Positions 51,818 to 61,090 of a stretch of 64,000 nucleotides of DNA are shown piece by piece. The position numbers and the translations under genes were made by a program. The notes beneath the pieces were generated by a model. It worked only from the letters and a program-made list of their open reading frames with translations. It had not been told where the DNA came from and did not search any database. Location: contig OZ249445.1 in NCBI GenBank assembly GCA_965235115.1, positions 11,904,001 to 11,968,000 of the forward strand. Reading direction: 5' to 3'. Each line of letters opens with the position of its first letter. Position 1 is the stretch's first letter. The DNA comes from Laetmonice hystrix. Lineage: Eukaryota.

Positions 51818-52355
51818 CCTCAGCGACAGGACATGGCCGTGTACCTTGGTCACCTGTCAATGACGGCGGCCTATGGTGGCACTGTTATCGGACACGGTGC
51901 ACGGCCGGTTGGGGAGGTGACTGGAGGCTGATGATCTTAACCACAGCTTCACCTATAGACGGACTGCCGAGTCAGCAGTTCAAGTCAGCCCCATCTAACA
52001 CACACACTTCATCTCTCTAAGTGGCACCGCTCACGCCTAATATGACGGATAAAAGCAATATACAGAAACCAAACAAAATGGATTTATTTGTTTCCACTGG
52101 ATCGTCACGTGACAAATACTCTAAGCGCAGGAATAGGAAGGGCGCGTGTCGAGGTTTTAAGTACATATCTATTTTACGTGTCTTAAAAATAATTAGATAA
52201 GTAAGAGATCAAAGAATGAATGTAGCACGGGAAAAAACATAGTTCAGCCCAGTTCTGTAAATGCTTAGTCTATTCGTGGATAGAAAATTAAAAAAAACAA
52301 CAGCCTTCGCAATTCACTTTGCTTATTTGCTGTCGTTAAAAGCGGGAGTCCTTAC

Positions 52356-52599
52356 CTGTCATGTGAGTCAAGGAGTCGGTCTCTCCTGTCAATAGGTTTG
52401 GCATACAGTGCTGAGATATCGGATGAAAGACTGGAGGAAGTACTGGGGCGTGGTGACGGTGAGATCAGTGGTCGTGGTGACGGTACGTCATCGTACACAG
52501 CGTCATACTGACTCGACCGTGACGGCGACGAGTGCTCTGACGTGTTCTGGGTTAACACACTCGCTCGCCGCGCTAAATGTTCCTTTTCTGATATATGTT
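52356..52599 (-). CDS. ANKS1: ANKS1 linker exon (HISEKEHLARRAS...YDAVYDDVPSPRP...LYAKPIDRRDRLLDSHD)
   Basis: Acceptor ttttctcccatatttcag|, donor CAG|gtaagg, 244 nt, phase 1 to 2, open frame. Confidence 0.82.
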
Positions 52600-52771
52600 C
52601 TGAAATATGGGAGAAAATCACATGACTGGTTATTTCAGGAAACAATGCGAATTACTGTAGGACTGAGTTACAATACTACTCGAAACCAACGGAAACTCAG
52701 GGTAGCATTAGTCTTTAGGGAATTGATCATTTCAGCTAACATTAAACATACTTTGACTTTTAAAATCTCAT

Positions 52772-53490
52772 AAGAATCTTATTTATTAGACTGTGATCGA
52801 TTGATTCGACTTGATGAGCCCTGATAATTTAAGTTTATCCGGGTGAAAACATCACAGTAGAACAGCAGAGTCCTATTCTCAAGTCATCCTCCAAGAATCT
52901 TTTATAACCCGTGATAAGTCTTACACTTCTTTCACCTCGTTTAACCTTGACACCGGTGAGTGCTGAGTGTATGCATGAGGTGTGCCCTGGCTCATTGCGC
53001 CCGCCTCCTCAACCCCGCTGGACCTGATCACTGTCCCCCTCCCCCAATTCTCCTTCTCACAGAGTGGTACTAATTTGTCTACACATGTCTTTGTACTGGG
53101 AAAAACCTACCCTTGAGGATTCCTCACTAAATACGGACTCCTGACTTGCCTTCAAAACAAAGGGAGGTGGAGACTTCCACTCATACAGTGGGGCCTTACT
53201 GTAAGTGGCTCTCACTCTACTCAACTATTCTCTACACGAACGCTACCCCTTAGATTCCCAAACTTATGGGTAGTTTGACATATGAACCCTGTAATATCAA
53301 GAAGAAGACAGCCTAACGAGACGGCCGGCTATCCGGTGACACGAGTCATACCTGAAACCCCAATGAAATATCACCCTGAAGAATCTGTAATTCCATACAG
53401 TCTGCAATGACCCAAAACGATTTTCCAAACTTTTAAATTATCAGGGCTCAAGTCGAATCAATCGATCACAGTCTAATAAATAATATTCTT
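52772..53490. mobile_element. Foldback or MITE-like element with about 65-bp terminal inverted repeats
   Basis: 52772-52836 is the reverse complement of 53427-53490 (36-bp perfect core, one mismatch, two small indels). The interior is non-coding. Confidence 0.7.
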
Positions 53491-56400
53491 TATGTCACCC
53501 AGAACCAACTTATACTAATTGGTAACTATCTAGAACCGCATGCTTACAAGCCTGCATCAAAGTACCAATTTTATATACTACTAACGATCCTGCATCACAG
53601 TACCAATTTTGTATACGACTAAGTCTCGCAGTTTTTTTCCACTCTTCGATCAATTCTCACCCTTTATTACACTAATGGCTCAATCTTTCAAGGTTTGTAT
53701 TCAAACTAGGCCAACTCGAGAATATCCTAATGGTACCCTCTCAATGATAAGGTCGATCTTTAAACCTTCCCTAATTGACTGGATGGAGCGAGTCTGACTG
53801 AAGTAATTGAACCATCTGGTGGTGTTTTTCACGGGATCCACCACATCCACATACAGCTCAGTGAGAGTCGTGCTCTCTATAGCCCGACTGATCTCATCTT
53901 ACTACCAACCACCAAATCCTCCCGCTCACTACCAACAATTTCTCGATAAGCCACGGCTGTATTGAAAACTTAATGTGAGCCGGTTCCAGTGGGTTCCCCT
54001 TTTCTCTGTCTGTGAGACTGCCGCCCAGTGAATGGAGTGAGAACATTCAAGACGCCAGACCGACTGTGGTACAGAGACAAGTCAATTATCGAGTGGCTCT
54101 CAGTGGTGATCGGAGTTAGACGGCCGAGTTGTGGATTATTGACGATAACAGTGTCACTTAATCCCACATTGTTGAAACCATTGAAACCTGGGCTGTGGCT
54201 AGCGTACGCACGTCTGGCTCGTCAGGGGGCACACAATCAAAGCACATCGCTCATCGAGTAGCTGGGACCCCACCGACCGGCCCGCAGTATATGGACATAA
54301 CGTTCACTTTCAGGTGGTCCACACAACGGGAAGCAATCCTAACATTTCATTCAGAATTTATTTGGTCAACTATTCCTAAAACCGGAGGGAATCTGAATGC
54401 ATTTCTAATGAAACGCATTTAAAGATTTGCCTGGGCTAGCGGGTCTAGAAGGTCAAGAGGGACTATTGGGAAATATTGCTATCATTGATGAGGAATACAG
54501 GACCTCGAAACGGTCTTTTCTTGCGTTATCAAAATACAACACATCCAAATACTATTCTAGTGTCTGATGACCTAGATTACCTCACAGAGAATTTATCATT
54601 CATCTTAATTAATTAAATAATTAATTGATCAAAAGTCAATATGTCGAAATAATAGGAGGACAAAGAATCTTGGATTCTTCAATCCAATTCACGAAAGTTA
54701 ATTTCAAACAGTCAACACAGTCATTGTAAATCTGAAATAAAGTACGACGGATCGTAAGAAAATATCAGTCTCCACGCCGTCAATAAAAGCGAAACCCGAT
54801 AGGTTTGATGGATTCACTGCCTCGCTGGCATGGAAACCAGCTTTGTTAACTTCCGGTAGATAAATAACTTTCACATTCATTTCTCAAAAAGTTGTTAAAA
54901 AAATAAAAATAAAATTTACATAACCTTCCATCTTAGAGATATTTCTTCACCAGAAAGCTGTGGAGATTACAGTAAGGCATGTAGAGGCAGATGAACTGAC
55001 TGTCTTTGTAACCAGATGTCCTTTTACTATTCACAAATCCTGTTATGAGGATGGGGTCCTGCACTGATTCTAAAAGAACCGGGTGAGGTGCTGATGAACT
55101 CACTCCAACCATACTGGAGACGTCAGGCTCGGAGAATGAAGATGTGGAGACCGTGGGAAGAAATTGACCGCATTTAGCAAGGTGACATCATCCACAGTAG
55201 GATAACGTGGTAACCATCAGCTGGGGGCCGCCAAGACATATGTGTCGGGGTGAGTGGGGGTGAAAGGTCACAGCGAGACGGGCCAGAAGTTGTTAAATCG
55301 CCTGAAGCAGGGCGGTGTCCCAGTGATGGGAAGTTAATTTGATAAGGATGTTCCTGGCGGTTCATGCATCTGATTATTGCTAGGTGTATGCATCAATATG
55401 GTCTGTCGACAAGTGGAATACTGGCGTAATCCACTTGTCCGAGTCTTGATTTGGAAGTAATGGTTTCATCTTCCTCTAACAAAATCATTCATTTTGAATA
55501 TCGAGGCGATCTCTCTCCATTCCACAGTGGTATATCACACAATAATACCACTTGAATGTAGAGATATTTGTCTCTAATCTCGACCGTGTCCTCCATAAGT
55601 TTGACATGGAACCATCTGTTTATGATCAGGCGAGAAATCAATGATCCTTTGTCCGCGCCGTTTAAAAGGCTGGGACGAGTTTTCAACTGTTGATCCGGTA
55701 TTTCCCGTCAAAACCCAGCAAATTAATTATTGTCACTTGTTCATTCTGATCAGTGCCTGGGCGCAGGTGTTAGAATTGTGAACATCCCTCTTCACTTGGC
55801 ATTGTTTAGTAGACAGTGGATCGTCCTTAGTCTGTGAATCCAGCTAAGCATGCATTCAGATATATATTGCACGAACAAAAAATATTCATATTACATCAAC
55901 CAAGTGGTCTTTTAAGCAGAATTTGTTTATATTCCCATTAAAAATATCATAATGAAACGCCTATCACTGAACAGCGGCAAGGAGCATTTCACGCTCTGAT
56001 AAGTAAAGCTGTTAATTTCCTAAAGAGTAACAGCACTGCTGCCTGATTTGCGTTGAGCCTAGGCAGGATAACCTAGGAACGTTTAATTCCATTCAGACTC
56101 CCTCTTGATACACATTAGTGACCGATTTTGCTTATCAGGTGTTTTTAAGATACATAATGAACAATAGCACTTTTCTTTGAATGATTTCTAATTAAATCTT
56201 CATTTCAACCATTGTTCATTTTTCTTTGATGTTTGGGGCAAATGAAGAAAATGAATCAATTTCTCATCTGCCCATCCCTTGAATCCCTTGAGAGGAAAGA
56301 CTTTCAATGAAGGTGAAATCTCAAATGATGGCAAATGCTAATTTAAAGAGATTTCCTGTTGTAAAGTGATCCCTCAAAATGCTGCAGTTAAGTTATTTGT

Positions 56401-57172
56401 ATTCACGTCAGGAATGCAAAGATTACTTTCTCAATCCTTCATAATTTAAGGGTCGGAGTTTGCCATAATCTCGTATCTAAATCTGCTAACATCAAACATT
56501 TCTTCTCCCGAATTCTTCAATGATAAATGTATGCCACAGAGTATATTTCAAGCTGCTCTATCAGGTCCAGTTGGACTATAACTTAACGAAGAGTCAGACA
56601 GTAAGTCCAATAGAATGTCAGTAGTTCAGTTCAGCCCCTGTAGGCCTACCAGTTGATTAATCAGCCTGATTGAGTGCGTCAGTCACTCCGCCTGCCACTC
56701 ACTCAGTCACGTACCGACTACCACTCACTCACCTCCCCACTTGTTGCGCCTCCGGTTGGTAAACTCCTATCTCTAGCTTCAGCTCCTATACAAAGTGAAG
56801 CTAGTCTAAGCTAACCATATGGCCAAGTAAAGTTTGATCCATTACTTTCCTGTTACCAAACTCACCGGTAGACTTCCCAATATATACACAACTCAAATTA
56901 TCCCTCCATTATCCGTCCGCTTTCTATGCCAGGTCACCAAAAGGCCAACAACATCCCTAGGCTAACTTTATATTCGTGACTAGCTGATGGACGCGTGGGC
57001 GGCCCAAGAAACCACGTGCTAATGACGTCAACACCCTGATACTACCCACAGCGCCCTCTGGTATCAACTACGTACATACAAATCATAATCAGACCACAAC
57101 ACCCCGCAACATTACCTATCAGGTCCTCCTCCAGGTCAAGGTCAAACTCAAGGTCAAGCATTAATCTTTCAT

Positions 57173-57186
57173 CCACCAGGGGGCGC
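57173..57186 (+). promoter_or_regulatory. CTCF-like core motif CCACCAGGGGGCGC
   Basis: Exact match, paired with an oppositely oriented motif at 57051-57063. Confidence 0.55.
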
Positions 57187-57828
57187 CATGAATAACCAGC
57201 GCTCTAGCTCTGTTAATTTGAACCTTCAGTATCTCTAGCTGCCAGCCTCAGGTGCCTCGCCTTAACCCCCATTGATCAAGCCTCTATCCCACAATGAGGT
57301 CAACCTCTACGCCTCTTCCTACCTCCATGATAATTTACATGCTACACCGGACATAGAAATTGGCATCATGCTATGCAAGTACCCGTCAGCTAGAGAGTTG
57401 GACGGGAGCTCATTCATCAAAACTCCGCTTCTCAACACCGGTGGGGCGAGATTTTTGCAAGGGTAATAAGGTTACGGACAATCACAGAGACGCTTTGAGA
57501 CATCCCTGTGTCATGGCAGGAATTTAGAGTGGAATAAAATTATGACGATCCTTAATAGGGAATCCCCACGGACCAAACGTCAAGGGGTGTATCTCAGGCA
57601 GGTTCCCGAGATATTTCTGTGGACCCCCCCCCCCTACAGAGGTACGTTGACATACCCGCACATATACTGATGCTCTATACAATGTCAATATACTAGTGTG
57701 ACGTGACTGTCATGGATGAGATGATGTATACGGATAAATGTCAACTGTTGAAGTAAACAGCCTGGTGTCAATGTTGAGTGTGGTCATCAGACAGTGACCA
57801 GAGTCAACCACAGAGACCGATTGCTTAC

Positions 57829-57930
57829 CTGATATTGCCCTACTGATGTCTATGGATATTTGTGATTTGTGATCTCGTATAACGTCTAAGGCTGTTCGAT
57901 GACTTACATCCGTCAATCCAGCATCAATGC
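57829..57930 (-). CDS. ANKS1: ANKS1 exon, end of ankyrin region (IDAGLTDVSHRTALDVIRDHKSQISIDISRAIS)
   Basis: Acceptor ggtctttcag|, donor CAG|gtaagc, 102 nt, phase 1 to 1; TALD motif. Confidence 0.9.
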
Positions 57931-58661
57931 CTGAAAGACCACACAGGAGAATGAGGTTAGCTTACCGTGTCGCCATCACCAATCACCGTCCGGGAGTTCC
58001 TGTACGCACACACCACCACACATACCACTGCCGTGGATCAGGCTCACACACATTACAAACATCACATATTCACCCACAGTCTTTAGGGAAATTCCTAACT
58101 ATTTCACCGGAAGATATCTCCAAGGGGGAAATATTTAAGACACATCATTTCAATCTGGTAGCACTGAAATGCAGAGATATGTGTGGAGCAATTAAGGAGT
58201 TTGCGGGATAAAATCTCAGCGGGACGCGGGAGGGTCCCAACGCCCAGAGCCAGGGGGCGATGCCTGCAGTTTGAGCAGACCAAACCAATTCATATTCTAG
58301 AAAAAATCGCAATAATCAAATTCTATTATAGCCAGCAAAGCGGAACAGTGGAACCAGAGAGAGTGACCCGCTATTTTTACTTCGTCCTGTTTCTGAATTC
58401 CGCCTCGGGCACGGAGTAAGTGGGACCTGGGAAACAGATTGCCACGCCAAACTCATTACTCAAAGTAACAACACCCGCCAAAATTACCGGCCTGAAATAT
58501 CAGGGAAAATCTTTGGGGAGAATTTGGACAGAACATGATCAGTCTTTTCGGCAAAACGTTATAATTTATTTAACATTTCTACATCTTTTCCAAACGACAA
58601 AAAAGTATTATTATAATATCTGTCTGCAATTTTGTATCATTATGTCATGTAAAAGACTTAC

Positions 58662-58737
58662 CAGAATCTAGTAATAGTCGTACCACATCGGTTCGCCCAA
58701 ATAATGCAGCCTCGTGTAGTGCTGAACCTGTGTCAGT
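58662..58737 (-). CDS. ANKS1: ANKS1 exon, ankyrin repeat ([26 protein letters not shown])
   Basis: Acceptor ggtttcag|, donor CTG|gtaagt, 76 nt, phase 0 to 1; typical ANKS1 [10 protein letters not shown] repeat. Too short for the ORF track. Confidence 0.95.
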
Positions 58738-60667
58738 CTGAAACCAATTAATGAGGACTAATTAATGTTTCATCGTAATTACAATATAACTGAGATAATC
58801 TAGCTAGAACGTGAGAAACCCAACAATATCTATTTGAAATGTGAGGAAACCTAGCCATGCATAATTTAACACTTCGGTATGTGCAAAGTCTAATATGCCG
58901 ATCGTTACGGGGTTTTAAACGGGAACCGTTTGAAAGACATGCAGCTAGCGCCCCCATGTGGGCGCTGACCACGTGCTCCAGCAGGTCAGCACAGTTCTAC
59001 ACGGCACACGAGCCGATCATTACTGGACATTATAAAGAGATATCTACGAGTTATGAATGCCGGGGATAAAGGTGTTACGAGATGACAATCTATTTATAAC
59101 ACCCACACGGTTCACTCAGGAGGCCTGCAGTTGGAAGAATATCAGCAGAGATCGTGTGGCTGCTAACGTATCTCTACTTCCGAGTGACACTTGACGTTAT
59201 TCCCTTACTCGTCTTACCACAGGACATACGTCTCCCTCATGTAATCTGAGCGGAAAATAAGACCGGGAAACCGGCTGCTCATAGTCTAGGGAAACACGGC
59301 GGTATTTGTGTGCTGTCGTAATGACTTGAACACCCGGAGGCCGCGCAACTACAGCTGAGCTGTAGTCAGTCCTTGGGGAACAGCAATACGCTTCAGAGAC
59401 AGGGATTAAAGTCTACGCTGACGTTATATAAATACAGACATTAGGCCCCAATTCAATCTGTTGCTAATACCCATTGTAACATCACTGTTCGCAGCACTGA
59501 GGATTATGTATTCATGTGCTGTCAGCAGCATGTACGGTTGCATGTCACGGCATCATGTTATTTCCATAAACACGGTAACATAGGAGCCGAGGCGACAGCG
59601 GTAGCCGTCGGGTCTGCCGCCACCATCCACTTCTTGAATTACAAGCTTTGTTCAGCTCTATGATTGCTCTCAATATGGTCTGCCAATCAGTGCAGCACAA
59701 AAGTGCTGATGCATTTCTAAATCTGTTCAGGAATACAGGGAACAGACTTCCTTTACCTTTTTATTATTCACGAGCAGACTTCATTCTTCTTTATATTACT
59801 GAAGTTTTACAACATCTTCAGATCTTGTTTGCGTTGATTGACAGATTCTGCGAGCTATTCTGTATAGATTTTACTGTCGCCCTCTCACAGAGTATGTGCT
59901 GCATAATTTACTCTTTATATACTTCTTACAAAGAACCCGTCCACATAGCCCCATTTTTATATACTACTTCCCCAGGTCATCACTAATCAGTGCAGCATAT
60001 GTCACTGAGGATGTTTCTTATATTACTTACAGGCTAGACCACCCGTTAAGCCTGTTTATCATCTCAGGCTTCAATGAATTCTCTAATGGGACAAAACACT
60101 TGGTATTCTGGGACTAATAGCCGAGATGTCGTCCTCCGTTCTCCGAATGATTAGTTACAAAATGTCTGGCATAATATCATGACGAATAACGTTGCTTACA
60201 CTTGGTGATAACTGGTGTAGTATCTACTGATCAGTGTTCCTTGCCAATCTCTGAGATGGCCCTCGGATGATGAAGTATTACGGAACGCTGAATAACTTAC
60301 GATGACGTGCCAGTGTGTTATTATTCAATTAACGACCGTTCTAAGGTAACTGAACGGTAGCTTGTACCTGTGGACTGGGTACTTTATTGGGTCGACTATT
60401 AGCAAGTACAATCACTTCCGTGTCGGACTGATGAATGGTTGTTTGCCGACACAGATCTCGGTTGTTGCTCACACATAAATCAATTATATCGTACAAATAT
60501 ATAATTTTCCTATTTGTCTCAATGAGTGTACAATTACATCCTTTCAACGACGTTCGCTGTCATCTAGTTCGGACCATGTCTGAGTATAGGCTAAACATCT
60601 TTCGTAATCAAACAGTTGTGTTCATGTTCATGAAGAGATAAAGCAGATTAAAAAGAAAGCCACTGAC

Positions 60668-60889
60668 CACCCTATCAATATCACAGCCGGCCTCTAGTAG
60701 CACCTGGACGACAGATTTGTGGCCGTTCCTTGACGCTAGTTGTAAGGGATTGTGGTCCTTGGTGGTGGCAATGAGGAGGTTTGGGTGTGTCTTCACTAGT
60801 AGTTGTACGGTGTCCAGACGACCGTACTGACAGGCCAGGTCCAGCGGAGACTCCTCCTTGGCGTTCCTCAGGGTCGGGTCTGCGTGGTG
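60668..60889 (-). CDS. ANKS1: ANKS1 exon, ankyrin repeats ([39 protein letters not shown]...[29 protein letters not shown])
   Basis: Acceptor ttgcag|, donor GTG|gtcagt, 222 nt, phase 0 to 0; two ankyrin-repeat consensus units. Confidence 0.92.
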
Positions 60890-60904
60890 CTGCAACAGCA
60901 ATGG

Positions 60905-61090
60905 CATGGTTAAATGGTAGCTCGATATGGGGAGGACAGGCTGAGATGGACAGTCAAATGGTACTTTAACAAAGGCACACAGGCTGGGCTGGGCGGTCAA
61001 ATGGTAGCTCCGCTCGATATGGGCTCACAGGCTGGGTTGGGCGGTCAAATGGTAGCTCGACATGGGCGTACAGGTTAGTGAAATGGTACG
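60905..61090. repeat. Degenerate tandem repeat, about 43-bp unit, about 5 copies
   Basis: aaatggta at 60912, 60956, 60999, 61047 and 61081, with cacaggctggg/ggcggtc in the internal units. Confidence 0.75.

Larger units (their letters stand above)
5769..60889 (-). other. ANKS1: ANKS1A/ANKS1B (Odin/AIDA-1)-family gene, partial at both ends (ankyrin repeats - linker - SAM - SAM - PTB)
   Basis: 18 exons with GT-AG boundaries and consecutively compatible phases join into one ORF of 3153 nt (using exon 11165-11258) or 3165 nt (using exon 12938-13043). The domain order and motifs ([35 protein letters not shown]) match the ANKS1 family from recalled knowledge. Confidence 0.93.

Noticed and set aside
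27874-51853. Repetitive ORFs at 27874-28378, 31562-32008 and 51269-51853
   Set aside because: They arise from stop-free minisatellite units, open on both strands, and lack usable splice or start context.
12786-52773. Plus-strand ORFs overlapping exons (12786-13055, 42373-42639, 42838-43140, 43236-43673, 52408-52773)
   Set aside because: They are antisense shadows of real coding exons.
55174-55365. Possible extra phase 1-to-1 linker exon
   Set aside because: The only compatible donor (gttacc) is weak and the peptide is unrecognisable.
59648-60117. AT-rich ORFs as possible retroelement remnants
   Set aside because: No reverse transcriptase, endonuclease or transposase motifs were seen in any frame.
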